DNA of 64,000 bases from Nitrosopumilaceae archaeon. GTDB lineage: Archaea; Thermoproteota; Nitrososphaeria; Nitrososphaerales; Nitrosopumilaceae. The notes under the pieces are model-generated. The model was not told where the DNA came from. It did no database searches and worked only from the letters and a program-made list of their open reading frames with translations. Below are positions 1 to 9,771 of the stretch, piece by piece. The position numbers and the translations under genes were made by a program. Each line of letters opens with the position of its first letter. The stretch's first letter is position 1. The stretch covers positions 224,001 through 288,000 of the forward strand of contig CBDBCR010000003.1 of assembly GCA_965203465.1 (NCBI GenBank), given 5' to 3'.

Positions 1-75
1 GGCAACGTGTACTCCCAGTGGGGCGAGTCAGAGTACCGCAAAGTCTCGGACGTCATATCGTCGATGTTCCCATGA
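1..75 (+). CDS. 3' end of a gene entering the window, probably the MoxR/CbbQ-type AAA+ ATPase partner of the vWA protein (partial)
   Basis: Frame 1 reads GNVYSQWGESEYRKVSDVISSMFP* and its stop overlaps the next ATG (ATGA at 72-75). AAA+/vWA pairing is established; the identity is inferred from context. Confidence 0.55.
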   Translation, partial: GNVYSQWGESEYRKVSDVISSMFP

Positions 76-1547
76 TAGAATACGCTTTCCTCGCGGGGCG
101 CTGGTCGGGCAGGCGCGTGGCCGTGTCGGTGGGCGGCAACGGGCCGCCCGCGTCGCGGGCCGGCGCCGTCGCGCTGCCCTCCGAGGAATCGTACCCCGGC
201 GCGGAACCGGACAGGCGCAGGCAGGCGCGCGCGGCCCTGTGGCAGGAGGCTGTCAGGCAGCGCCACTGCGCCGAGTTCCAGGGGGGCGAGCACGCCTTCG
301 GGTTCATACTCAACGCCATGGAGGCCAGCAGGTGCGAGGCGCTCGGCCTGCGCGAGTGGCGCGGCATGGCGGGCGAGGCCGCGTTCGCGCGCGCCTGGGA
401 AGGGGCGCGCAGGCCCGGCGTGGAATCGTTCTACGGGCGCGCAAGGATGGTCGAGGCGTTCTACCAGGCGTTCCGGTTCGGCCGCGTCCGCGGGCGCATG
501 CAGCCGAGCCACCTCGAGAGGGCGCACGAAGCGGCGCGCCTGGCGCGCGAGGCCATAGACGAATCCCTGCAAGCGGGCCTTGGCACGCCGCACGTAAAGT
601 CGCGCGTGCCCACGATCATAAAGGCGCTGGGCATAGACCCGCTGCTGAGCGTGCCGGCCGTGCCGCTGATCCCCAAAAGTGGCATGGCCCTCGACGAGCG
701 CGATCTGCGGCGCGAGCTTGAAAGGGACGGCCTCGAGAGCCCCGACAGGGCCGGCGAGATCATGCGCGCGGGGGGCGCCGGCGAGGCGGCCGAGCCGGCG
801 GGCGGCGACGGGGAGGTCTCGGAAGGGGTAGAGGTGCCCGGCCCCGGCGGCGACGGCGAGCTGATACGCGACGCCGACCTGGTGGCCAGGCTCAAATCGA
901 GGTTCAGGCGCCTGCGCTTCGGCTGGCGCGAGGCGCAGGGGGCCTCGGGCGACGAGTTCGACGGCGACGGGTACATCGACGGGTCGGGCCCGTTCCTGTC
1001 CGATTCCAGGGCGGCCGTAAAGTCCAACGTGATGGTGCTGCTTGACCACTCGTCGAGCATCGCGGACTGGCAGTCAGAGTACAAAAAGGCCACGCTGGCG
1101 CTGTGCGAGCTGCTCGCGTACGTGCGCGCGCGCTTTTCGGCCTACGCGTTCGGCGCGCGCGGCAGGGAGACGGTCTGCTGGCTCGTAAAGCCGGGCGGGG
1201 CGCGGTGGGGGCGCCTGCACGCGGACAGGCTGGCGCGCGTCTCGGCTTCCGGCTCCACGCCGCTCGCCGAGGTTTACGGCAGGATGATGCCGGCCCTGCA
1301 GTCGGCGAGGCCCGACGTGCTGATCACGCTGACGGACGGCGAGCCGTCCGACGCGGCGGCCGCTCGCTCGGCCATCAGGGCCATAAGGAGGCTGGGCGTG
1401 AGGGCCTCGGCCGTCGGCCTCGGGCCCGACACGGTCAGGGCCACGGCCATCGCGCTCAACCTGGGCGGGCTCGGCTACGAGAGGGCCGTCGCGGTCAGCC
1501 GCCTGCAGGAGCTGCCCGGCAGGGTCATGTCGCTCTTGGACAGGTGA
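72..1547 (+). CDS. von Willebrand factor A domain protein (CobT/NorD-like)
   Basis: C-terminal MIDAS motifs LLDHSSS, GSTPL, LTDGEP; start placed at ATG 72. Confidence 0.8.
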   Translation: MIEYAFLAGRWSGRRVAVSVGGNGPPASRAGAVALPSEESYPGAEPDRRRQARAALWQEAVRQRHCAEFQGGEHAFGFILNAMEASRCEALGLREWRGMAGEAAFARAWEGARRPGVESFYGRARMVEAFYQAFRFGRVRGRMQPSHLERAHEAARLAREAIDESLQAGLGTPHVKSRVPTIIKALGIDPLLSVPAVPLIPKSGMALDERDLRRELERDGLESPDRAGEIMRAGGAGEAAEPAGGDGEVSEGVEVPGPGGDGELIRDADLVARLKSRFRRLRFGWREAQGASGDEFDGDGYIDGSGPFLSDSRAAVKSNVMVLLDHSSSIADWQSEYKKATLALCELLAYVRARFSAYAFGARGRETVCWLVKPGGARWGRLHADRLARVSASGSTPLAEVYGRMMPALQSARPDVLITLTDGEPSDAAAARSAIRAIRRLGVRASAVGLGPDTVRATAIALNLGGLGYERAVAVSRLQELPGRVMSLLDR

Positions 1548-1718
1548 GCGGGCCGCCGGTCGGGCCGCGCCCGCCGCCGGGCGCATGTCTTCCGATCGGC
1601 CAAGCCCCCGCATTCTAGACGCATGTGCGTGCGAGGCCAAGCCGAGCCTGCTTTGGCAGACACCCGTACAGCCGGGTGATCGTGTGGTTAATAAGGGAGT
1701 TGCTGGCCTCCCGAGGAC

Positions 1719-1850
1719 ATGGCTACGGAATCAAGCGTTGAAGACATCGTCTTTGACGACGGAGAGAGAATCGAAATCGCCTGTTCGTATCCCGACGCCG
1801 AAACTGCCATAAAGGCGCTCCATGGATTTGTAGGAGAGGGGAATGAATAG
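1719..1850 (+). CDS. 43-aa acidic protein, putative antitoxin (absent from ORF track)
   Basis: MATESSVEDIVFDDGERIEIACSYPDAETAIKALHGFVGEGNE*; TTAATAA at 1688-1694 about 25 bp upstream; overlaps the next ORF by 8 nt. Confidence 0.5.
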   Translation: MATESSVEDIVFDDGERIEIACSYPDAETAIKALHGFVGEGNE

Positions 1851-2085
1851 GAAATTCATTTCTTTTTCTTTGGACTTCAAAAAGCAGTACACAAACAGAG
1901 ACAAGAGAGTTCGTAATGAAATTGACGACATTGTTAGGGGCTTGACAGAAATCGTAAGACATGTCATAAAAAAGGAGCTCCCGTTCAAAAAGATGAAGAT
2001 CACGCTACGCATAAAGTCATCCAAGGAAGTGCTGAGCGTGATAGTTATGCCAGTCCCCAGAATCATAATACGGCGCATCGAATAG
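1843..2085 (+). CDS. 80-aa basic protein, RelE/ParE-like toxin candidate
   Basis: N-terminus ISFSLDFKKQYTNRDKRVRNEIDDIVRGL resembles the RelE/YafQ beta1-alpha1-alpha2 pattern; GGAGAGGGG before the ATG; AT-richer DNA. Confidence 0.45.
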   Translation: MNRKFISFSLDFKKQYTNRDKRVRNEIDDIVRGLTEIVRHVIKKELPFKKMKITLRIKSSKEVLSVIVMPVPRIIIRRIE

Positions 2086-2517
2086 GATGCCCGGCGTCGG
2101 GGACGCAAATTTGAGGATGTGCGCAGGCCAAACGCGCAGTCGCGTGCGTCCATGTCGTTGATGTTCGTTTACGCGCGTTTTGTGTACGTTCTGTCGGTCG
2201 TGAAAGATTTAACCCGCGCCCGTCTTGGCAACGTGCAGGGCAAAATCTTCACCCCTCTCCAACAGGTCCGGGCTTGTTTACACTCGGCAAGCACAAGGTG
2301 CGATTGAACAGGGTTGCAACCCGCACGGATTTTCCGAAACCGGATGCAGGTTCCTAGCAGTTGGAGTGACCCGGCGGCACCGGCGGGCTAGGCCGCACGC
2401 ATGACGAATGCGCCGTTTTTTGCCACGTCAAGGCCCGCCGTCATGGATCGCCCGCCGGCCGGACTTTGGTTAACCGCCTCAAGAAACAGTTAAGAGGGCG
2501 CCCCCGGAGGTGGTCGC

Positions 2518-2796
2518 ATGGCAGGCGCGTGCACAAAGTGCAAGTCCCCGATACCGGACGGCGAGCAGCTGGAGCCGGCGGCCGCAAAGTACCCGTGCTG
2601 CCCCAAGTGCTGGGCCGAATGGAAGGAGTACCGAATCATGGTGATGAACGAGATGCACCTGGACATGTCGATGGCAGACCACCGCAAGGTCCTCAAAAAG
2701 CACGAAAAGGTCTTCGCCGGCGTGCTGACCCCCGAGGGCGACGTGGTGGATTTTGCCGACGAGGAGAACCGCAACCCCGAATCTACGCCCAAATGA
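2518..2796 (+). CDS. Fe(2+)-trafficking / YggX-family protein
   Basis: CxKC ... CPKCWAEWKEYRIMVMNEMHLDM resembles the YggX W..W......INE..L motif. Confidence 0.7.
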   Translation: MAGACTKCKSPIPDGEQLEPAAAKYPCCPKCWAEWKEYRIMVMNEMHLDMSMADHRKVLKKHEKVFAGVLTPEGDVVDFADEENRNPESTPK

Positions 2797-3235
2797 CGGC
2801 GCGCGCGCTCTCGGGCACCAGAGCCATGACCGTCCTGCGCTCGCCCTCGTCCAGCCCGCCGGCCGCCTCGCGGATGGAGGCGCATATGCGGCCACGCTTT
2901 TGCGCGTCCAGCGACAGGAGCGATCCCAAAAGCCCGTCGGCGTGGAACTCGGCCACGCGGGCCGGCTCCCTCGCCGCCTGCCTCAGGTACCTGGAGAATA
3001 TCTCCAGACGCTCCGGTCCGGTAAAGTCCGAGAGCACCTCGAGCCACGTGACGAGCAACTTTTCGAGCGTGTGGAACGGCATCGCGGGCCCGGCAAGCAG
3101 GGCGTTTCGCACCAGCTCGTCCCTTTCGGGGACGGGCAGGGTGTAAAACTCGCGCATCCTCCTGTACAGTATCGGCTTTCTCAGAAAGTCGGGCAGGCTC
3201 GCAAGGCTCGATATGATGCTGCCGGCGTGATCCAC
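2783..3235 (-). CDS. conserved hypothetical protein
   Basis: Clean 150-aa ORF with normal composition (LASLPDFLRKPILYRRMREF). Confidence 0.7.
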   Translation of the reverse strand: MDHAGSIISSLASLPDFLRKPILYRRMREFYTLPVPERDELVRNALLAGPAMPFHTLEKLLVTWLEVLSDFTGPERLEIFSRYLRQAAREPARVAEFHADGLLGSLLSLDAQKRGRICASIREAAGGLDEGERRTVMALVPESARAVIWA

Positions 3236-3573
3236 GCCGGCCGGGAAACCGGGCCATTAAAGTGCCTACCGTCCTGGATCCGGCGGCCGTCGAAAAGTTC
3301 ACCCCGCGTAGCAGGCGGGGCGGAATCTAGATCGGCCGCGGCAGGCGGTTCCCGCGTCAGGCCGGCGCCGCTGCCCGACGACCCGCCGCCGCGGCAGTCC
3401 CGGAAAGGCGCGCCTGCGGGTACGCGCAACGGCCAACGCGCCAGAGCCGCACGCGGGAAAAGACATCGCTTGGCAGACCGGAGCCGCGCGGCCGGCAGGC
3501 GAGACGGCACTGCCCGCCCCGGAGCCCGCCCGGGCACCGCATACACAAATACCCCCGCCGCGCCCATGCCCCC

Positions 3574-4581
3574 GTGATAATAAGCCGCACGCCGCTGCGC
3601 GTCAGCTTCCTGGGAGGGGGCACCGACTATCCGGAGTGCATATCCGAGCACGGCCCCGGCGCGGTGCTGGGCACCTCGATAGACAAGTACCTGTACTGCT
3701 CGGCGTCGAGGTTCTACAGCGGCCTGTTCGACTATTCCATACACCTCTCGTACAGGACCGTCGAGCGGGTAAGATCCCTAGATCAGATACGGCACGCGCC
3801 CATGCGGCGCTGCCTGGAATACGTGGGCATACAAAACGACGTCGAGGTCGGGCACACGGCCGAGCTGCCCGCCTACTCGGGCCTCGGCTCGTCTTCGGCC
3901 TTTGTGGTGGGCCTGCTCAACGCGCTGTACTGCCTAAAAGGGCAGAGGATCGAACCGCTCGAGCTCGCCCGCCGCGCCATACACGTCGAGCGCGAACTTC
4001 TCGGCGACAACGTGGGCCTGCAGGACCAGACGCTGACCTCGGTCGGCGGGCTGAACTTGGCCGAGTTTGGCGGGCCGAATGACATACGCGTGCGCCCCCT
4101 GCGGCTGGAACCGGGCAGGTCGGCCGGCCTCAACGCGCACCTCGCCATGTACTTTACGGGCATACAGAGGCGCGCCTCGGACGTGATAGCGGGCCAGGTG
4201 AGCAGGGCGCGGCAGAACGCGGGCAGACTGGGGCGCATGCGCGACATGGCGCGCCGCGGGGCCGATCTCTTGGAGTCGGGCGAGGGCCACGGCGGGCTCG
4301 ACGAGTTCGGCGCCCTGGTCGGCGAGGGGTGGCGGCTCAAGCGCGGGCTGGGCGCGTCGGTCTCGTCCGACGCCATAGACAGCATGTACGAGAGGGGCAT
4401 GTCGGCGGGCGCCTACGGGGGCAAGCTGCTCGGCGCCGGGGGCGGCGGCTTTCTGCTCTTTTTCGTGGCCCCCAGCAGGCGGGCCGAACTGGACGCCGCG
4501 ATGAAGGATCTGACGCAGGTGCCCGTAAGGACGAGCGCGCGGGGCAGCTCCGTAATAGAGGGGTTTTCGGACAGGACGTAA
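3574..4581 (+). CDS. GHMP-family sugar kinase (HddA-like heptose-7-phosphate kinase)
   Basis: RTPLRVSFLGGGTD, PAYSGLGSSSA, GLQDQ, GGKLLGAGGGGF. Confidence 0.85.
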   Translation: MIISRTPLRVSFLGGGTDYPECISEHGPGAVLGTSIDKYLYCSASRFYSGLFDYSIHLSYRTVERVRSLDQIRHAPMRRCLEYVGIQNDVEVGHTAELPAYSGLGSSSAFVVGLLNALYCLKGQRIEPLELARRAIHVERELLGDNVGLQDQTLTSVGGLNLAEFGGPNDIRVRPLRLEPGRSAGLNAHLAMYFTGIQRRASDVIAGQVSRARQNAGRLGRMRDMARRGADLLESGEGHGGLDEFGALVGEGWRLKRGLGASVSSDAIDSMYERGMSAGAYGGKLLGAGGGGFLLFFVAPSRRAELDAAMKDLTQVPVRTSARGSSVIEGFSDRT

Positions 4582-4734
4582 GCTTTCGGGCCGCCACGAT
4601 CTGCGGGGCCGGTCGGCCGCTGCCCGCACTTGCCTGCGCGCTCACGCTTTGAGCGCGGCGGCCGCGTTCGCCCGTCCCGCGCCGTCTCGGCCGCCGGCAT
4701 AAGTTTTTGAAAGGCGGCATCTGCGAATTCGCAG

Positions 4735-5448
4735 ATGGGGGGAGAGCCGAAGGCCGGCAGCGTGTACGGGCACGAATGCGCCCTGGCCTCGCGCAGAATG
4801 CCGCGCAGTCTAAAGCCCTACATGAACAGGAAGAACCGCATGGACGGCCTCGCCCTGTCCGGCATGGTGCCCGAGTCCTCCGTGCAGGCCGTGTTTTTCG
4901 ATCCCCAGTACAGGGGCGTGCTGGACAAGATGTGCTACGGCAACGAGGGCAAGAGCCGCGGAATCCAGAGGTGCGTCATGAAGCAGATGGCCGAGGGCGT
5001 GATACTGGAATTCCTGCGCGGCATAGACCGCGTGCTGGTTCCGAGCGGCACGCTGTTTCTGTGGGTGGACAAGTTCCACCTAGTCGAGGGCGTCTCCGGC
5101 TGGACGGAAGGCACTAGCCTGAACGCAGTGGACATGATCACTTGGAACAAGGACAGGATTGGGATGGGTTACAGGACGAGGCGGTGCTCCGAGCACCTGG
5201 TCGTGTTGCAAAAGGCCCCGAAACGGGCCAAGAACGTGTGGCGCGATCACGGGATACCCGATGTGTGGTCTGAAAAGATATCCGGCAAAAACCACACACA
5301 TGCCAAGCCGGTAGAGCTGCAGGCCAGGCTGATCGGGTGCGTGACCACGCCCAACGGCGTCGTGATGGATCCGGCGGCGGGCGGATACAGCGTGCTCGAG
5401 GCGTGCAAGAGTGCAGGCCGCGACTTTATCGGCTGCGACCTGCGCTGA
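4735..5448 (+). CDS. orphan N6-adenine/N4-cytosine DNA methyltransferase (beta-class motif order)
   Basis: Catalytic motif FFDPQY precedes HTHAKP and the SAM-binding motif [10 protein letters not shown]; ends FIGCDL. Confidence 0.85.
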   Translation: MGGEPKAGSVYGHECALASRRMPRSLKPYMNRKNRMDGLALSGMVPESSVQAVFFDPQYRGVLDKMCYGNEGKSRGIQRCVMKQMAEGVILEFLRGIDRVLVPSGTLFLWVDKFHLVEGVSGWTEGTSLNAVDMITWNKDRIGMGYRTRRCSEHLVVLQKAPKRAKNVWRDHGIPDVWSEKISGKNHTHAKPVELQARLIGCVTTPNGVVMDPAAGGYSVLEACKSAGRDFIGCDLR

Positions 5449-5759
5449 CGCGATCCGGACGCCGAGCCGGGCGGCAGCTCTGCCCGACAGCGGCTCGCAC
5501 TTTTCTCCCGGATCCGCGCTCCGACGATCGGGGCCGGAACCGGACTTGAAAAGCGCGCGGCGGCGAGCAGAATAGTGAGCGCGGGCGCGCCCGGCTACAT
5601 GTGCGAGCCGGGCGGTTTCGCGGGCCTCGCAGGCCGCACGAGGGCAAGTCCGCGGCCGTCACGTGCGCCTCCCGGCGCCCTCCGGCGGCAGGCCCGCACT
5701 TGCGCGCACTGCTAGGCGCCCGTACAAAACTAAAATTGCGGGCGCCCGGCCCCCTCCCC

Positions 5760-6776
5760 GTGGCGTGCACGGTGGTCGTGGGCGGGTTCTTCGGAGACGA
5801 GGGCAAGGGCAAGATAATATCGTACCTCGCCTCGCGCGACCGCCCGTCCATAGTGGTGCGCGGCGGCGCCGGGCCCAACGCGGGCCACACCATACGCGAC
5901 GGCGGCCGCACCTACAAGGTGCGCATGCTGCCCAGCGGGTTCCTGCAGAGGGGCGCGCGCGTCATGATAGGGCCCGGCGTGGTGGTGGACCCGGTGGTGC
6001 TGCTCTCCGAGATAAAGGAGTTCGGCGCGGGCGGCCGAATCCTGATAGACCGCCGCTGCGGCGTCATAGAGCGCAAGCACGTGGAGGCCGACTCCGCCGG
6101 AAGGCTCAAGGAGGGCATAGGCAGCACGGGCTCTGGCACGGGGCCCGCCAACGCCGACAGGGCCATGCGGGTACTGCGCCTGGCCGGCGAGGCGGACGCC
6201 GTATCGGAGTACATAGGCGACGTGCCCGCCGAGGTCAACCGCGCGCTGGACAAAAAAAAGGACGTACTGGTCGAGGGCACGCAGGGCACGTTCCTGTCGC
6301 TGTGGCACGGCACGTACCCCTACGTCACCTCCAAGGACGTGACCGCCTCGGGCGTATGCGCCGACGTGGGGATCGGGCCCACCCGCGTCGACGATGTAAT
6401 GGTGGTCTTCAAGGCGTACGTCACGCGCGTGGGCACCGGGCCGCTTGGCGGCGAGATGGCGCCGGCAGACGCAGAGGCGCGCGGATGGGCAGAGTTCGGC
6501 ACCGTGACGGGCAGGCCGCGCAGATCCGCAGAGTTCGACATGGGCCTCGCGCGCAGGGCCGTCATGCTCAACGGGGCCACCCAGGTAGCCATAACGAAGA
6601 TGGACGTCGTTTTTCCGGGGTGCGCCGGCGCCACCTCTTACGATCGGATCGGAGAAGGCGCGCGCGCGTTCGTGCAGAAGGCAGAGGCCGAGCTGGGCGT
6701 GCCCGTCGCGCTGCTCGGGACCGGCCCGTCCGTGTCGGACGTGGTAGACAGGCGCGCGCCCGCCCGCCCCGCGTAG
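5760..6776 (+). CDS. purA: adenylosuccinate synthetase
   Basis: GGFFGDEGKGK, GPNAGHT, EGTQG, GTVTGRPRR; start moved to GTG 5760. Confidence 0.97.
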   Translation: MACTVVVGGFFGDEGKGKIISYLASRDRPSIVVRGGAGPNAGHTIRDGGRTYKVRMLPSGFLQRGARVMIGPGVVVDPVVLLSEIKEFGAGGRILIDRRCGVIERKHVEADSAGRLKEGIGSTGSGTGPANADRAMRVLRLAGEADAVSEYIGDVPAEVNRALDKKKDVLVEGTQGTFLSLWHGTYPYVTSKDVTASGVCADVGIGPTRVDDVMVVFKAYVTRVGTGPLGGEMAPADAEARGWAEFGTVTGRPRRSAEFDMGLARRAVMLNGATQVAITKMDVVFPGCAGATSYDRIGEGARAFVQKAEAELGVPVALLGTGPSVSDVVDRRAPARPA

Positions 6777-6825
6777 GCGGCGCGCCCGCCCAAGACTTAA
6801 TTTGCCGGCGCGCCGGCGAGGCCTC

Positions 6826-7530
6826 GTGGAAGGCTTTGCCCCCCGCATGAAGGCCGCCGCAGAGGCGGGCGGCCGCGTCATACTTGCTTGCGACGACGAG
6901 ATATTCGCCGGCTCCAAGGGCAAGAGGTTCCTCAAAAGGATGGAGGGGCGCGCGTGCGCCGTAAAGATAAACATGCACCTGCTGCTGCCGCTCGGCGCCG
7001 CCCGCATAAGCGGCATCGTCTCGGCGGCCGCCGGCATGGGGATGCTCTCCATCGCGGATCTAAAGCTCAACGACATCCCGGACACAAACTCGGCCGCGGC
7101 CGAGAGCCTCTGGAAGATGGGCTTCGACGCCCTCATAGCCAACCCCTCGATGGGCCCCGCGGCCCTCTCGGAGCTGGTCGCGGGCGCCCACGAAAAGGGG
7201 CGCGGCGTCGTGGCCCTGTGCCACATGAGCTCGCAGAGCGCGCGCAGGTTCTACGATATGCGCTCGGGTGCCCGCCGCGTCCACCAGACGTTCCTGGACT
7301 GGGCCTCGGAGGCGGGCGCCGACGGCGTGGTGGCCGGCGCCACGTTCCCTAGGATAATATCGGAATGCAAGGAAAGATCCCCCGGCATGGCCGTCTATTC
7401 ACCCGGCATCGGGGCGCAGGGCGGCGACGCGCGGCGCGCCGTAAAGGCCGGCGCCGACTACCTCATAGTGGGCCGCTCTCTGCTGCGCGCGCTGGATCCG
7501 CGCTCGGCCGCATCGGACCTCAACATGTAG
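6826..7530 (+). CDS. pyrF: orotidine-5'-phosphate decarboxylase
   Basis: ADLKLNDIPDT, SPGIGAQGG, IVGRS. Confidence 0.93.
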   Translation: MEGFAPRMKAAAEAGGRVILACDDEIFAGSKGKRFLKRMEGRACAVKINMHLLLPLGAARISGIVSAAAGMGMLSIADLKLNDIPDTNSAAAESLWKMGFDALIANPSMGPAALSELVAGAHEKGRGVVALCHMSSQSARRFYDMRSGARRVHQTFLDWASEAGADGVVAGATFPRIISECKERSPGMAVYSPGIGAQGGDARRAVKAGADYLIVGRSLLRALDPRSAASDLNM

Positions 7531-7952
7531 CCGCGCGCCGAGTCGAGCAGCCTGCGCGCGTTCTCGAACGTGGCCTTTTTGCGCGCGGCCGGCATCGGCT
7601 CCCAGCAGTACGCGCGGTGCTCCTCGGAGAGCACGACGCGCGAGGTGCGCGTGCGCGCCAGGAAAAAGACGACGGACTTTTCGACCGGCCGGCCGCCCGG
7701 CGCGTAGAACCGGTACCGGACCGTCTTTTTGAAGCCCGGATCGAACTCCAGGTCCGTTATGCCCGTCTCCTCGCGCGCCTCGCGCACCGCCGCCTGCACG
7801 TCCGTCTCTTCCCCCTCGACGTGCCCCTTTACAAAGTCCCAGTGGCCCTGCGGGTAGTTTAGCAGCAAAAACAGCGGCCCCCCGGAACCCCGGCGGTACA
7901 CCAGCGCGCCGGCGGACCTGGCGCGCAGCGGCCCGCGCCCGTCCCTCCTCAC
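7458..7952 (-). CDS. NUDIX hydrolase, bis(5'-nucleosyl)-tetraphosphatase-like
   Basis: HWDFVKGHVEGEETDVQAAVREAREETGI Nudix box and LSEEH; GTGA overlap with the uppS stop. Confidence 0.88.
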   Translation of the reverse strand: MRRDGRGPLRARSAGALVYRRGSGGPLFLLLNYPQGHWDFVKGHVEGEETDVQAAVREAREETGITDLEFDPGFKKTVRYRFYAPGGRPVEKSVVFFLARTRTSRVVLSEEHRAYCWEPMPAARKKATFENARRLLDSARGYMLRSDAAERGSSARSRERPTMR

Positions 7953-8737
7953 CTGCCCGACCTCCTCTTGCGCCTCTGGAACGTCCGGATGGCGCGCATC
8001 AGGTCTATCTTGCGGAACTCGGGCCAGAATATGTCCATGAAGACCAGCTCGCTGTAGGCGCTCTGCCACATGAGGAAGCCGCTCAGGCGCTTCTCGCCCG
8101 ACGTGCGCAGTATCATGTCCGGCTCGGACTGGGGCAGGTGGGACGTGTACAGGTTCTCTTCGATGTCGCGCTTGCTTATCGATTCGACCTCCAGCGAGCC
8201 GTCCTTTATGCGGGCGCCTATCTTGCGCACCGCGTCGACCAGCTCGTTCTGCCCCCCGTAGGCCAAGGCGATGTTGAGGAAGCGCCGCTCGTAGCTGCGC
8301 GTGGCGGAGTCCAGCTTTTCGAGCATCTCGCGTATGCTGGCCGGCAGCAGGTCGGTCCTGCCTATCCCCTTGACGCGCATCCTGTTGCGGTGTATGCGCG
8401 GATCGCGGTACAGCTTTTCCAGCCTGCGCAGTATCAGCTCGAACAGGCCGTCCAGCTCCGAATCCGGCCGCTCGAGGTTCTCGGCAGAGAGCGCGTACAG
8501 CGTCACTATGCGTATGTCCAGCTCTTCGCACCAGTCCAGCAGGTTCTCGACCGCGTCGGCCCCGCGGCCGTGGCCGTCGGCCCCCCCCAGGTTGCGGCGC
8601 GCCCACCGCCGGTTGCCGTCCAGTATCAGCGCCATGTGGTTGGGCATGTCGCCCCTGCGCACGTCCCTCTCCAGCTTGCCCGAGTACAGCCGGTACAGCC
8701 CCGAGGCTCCCAGTATGACCTCCTTGGCCCTCCCCAT
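7949..8737 (-). CDS. uppS: cis-polyprenyl diphosphate synthase
   Basis: ILDGNRRWA, SAENLER, AYGGQNE, RTSGEKRLSGFLMWQSAYSE, C-terminal RRSGR. Confidence 0.95.
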   Translation of the reverse strand: MGRAKEVILGASGLYRLYSGKLERDVRRGDMPNHMALILDGNRRWARRNLGGADGHGRGADAVENLLDWCEELDIRIVTLYALSAENLERPDSELDGLFELILRRLEKLYRDPRIHRNRMRVKGIGRTDLLPASIREMLEKLDSATRSYERRFLNIALAYGGQNELVDAVRKIGARIKDGSLEVESISKRDIEENLYTSHLPQSEPDMILRTSGEKRLSGFLMWQSAYSELVFMDIFWPEFRKIDLMRAIRTFQRRKRRSGR

Positions 8738-8823
8738 GGCCCGGCGCCCGGGCCCGTCTACAAATATTGCTATCGGTGCCCACCTGAAGCATTATAACGG
8801 CTCGGCGGCCCCCGCGCGCCGGA

Positions 8824-9771
8824 TTGAGGACAGTTCTTGCCGCCCTGCTGCTAGCAGCGCTGCCGGCCGCCTGGGCGCTCGAAGCTTCGACGGACAACCA
8901 AGTGTACTCGGACGGCAGGCCGCTGTTCGTGTACGGGACCGCGCCGGCCGGCGAGGACGTCATAGTCAGGCTCGTCTCGCCTGACCGGACCATACCAAAG
9001 TTCGACCAGGTGCGCGCCGGCACCGACGGCGAGTTCTGGCACGCGTTCATGACCTGGCCTGCCTCCTCGGTGGAGCTGCCCTACGGCACCTACACGGTCG
9101 AGGTGATATCGTCCGACGGGGAATCGGTGGCCATACCGGTGACGTTCTCGCAGACCACCGAGCTCGAAGAGGCGCCGGTCGTGCGGCGCGTCAACACGCT
9201 GGTGTACGCGCCCGAGACCGGCGCTGCCGGCGCGCCCATGCGCATATTCGTCCAGGTGACCAGCGACGGGCTGCTCGTCGGCCAGAACGATCCGGGCGCG
9301 CTGCTGCGCACCTCGCACGTGCACCTGCCCGGCGGCCAGGCCGTCGACATGTCCGGCTCCTTCCAGACCCTGCACAGCGGCCTGTACTACGCCGACTACA
9401 CGCCCGAATCGGTGGGCACGTACGTCTTTCACGTGGTCTCGTTCCACCAGGGCAGCGTCTCGCACGGCTCGGCCGCCGCGACGGTCCTCTCGGAGGACAT
9501 CGGCGGCATATCGGAGGGCATATCCGACCTCAACAGCGTGCTGCACGAGACGTCCCAGGAGCTGCGCACGCTGAAGTCGGACGTGGCCGAGTTCGACGCG
9601 ACGCTGAAGGGGGCCAGCTCCAACATCGAGGCCGGCGTGGGCTCCATATCCGAATCCGTGCTGACCACGGCCGAGGCCTCCTCGCAGCTCAACTCGCTGC
9701 TGATACCCGTCGTCACGTCCATCGGGATCATAGTGGCGCTGCAGGTGGCCATACTGGCGAGGCGCAGGTAG
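8824..9771 (+). CDS. secreted, C-terminally membrane-anchored protein with coiled-coil stalk
   Basis: Signal peptide, beta-rich domains, heptad region, C-terminal TM helix followed by RRR. Confidence 0.75.
   Translation: MRTVLAALLLAALPAAWALEASTDNQVYSDGRPLFVYGTAPAGEDVIVRLVSPDRTIPKFDQVRAGTDGEFWHAFMTWPASSVELPYGTYTVEVISSDGESVAIPVTFSQTTELEEAPVVRRVNTLVYAPETGAAGAPMRIFVQVTSDGLLVGQNDPGALLRTSHVHLPGGQAVDMSGSFQTLHSGLYYADYTPESVGTYVFHVVSFHQGSVSHGSAAATVLSEDIGGISEGISDLNSVLHETSQELRTLKSDVAEFDATLKGASSNIEAGVGSISESVLTTAEASSQLNSLLIPVVTSIGIIVALQVAILARRR

Noticed and set aside
1731-2153. Minus-strand 140-aa and 79-aa ORFs
   Set aside because: Their hydrophobic composition looks like the antisense of the charged plus-strand pair, which has the promoter and RBS signals.
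2313-2340. CRISPR repeat
   Set aside because: Only one copy was seen and there are no cas genes in the window.
7458-7530. Long convergent 3' overlaps (pyrF/NUDIX, purB/asparagine synthase-like, ferritin/tag)
   Set aside because: Expected in a compact GC-rich genome where stop codons are rare.
7458-9050. 530-aa ORF, and similarly long ORFs such as 39696-41537, 59899-61740 and 14735-16216
   Set aside because: These are high-GC shadow extensions; only the C-terminal parts (NUDIX, rpl15e, cbiB, pyrE) are real.
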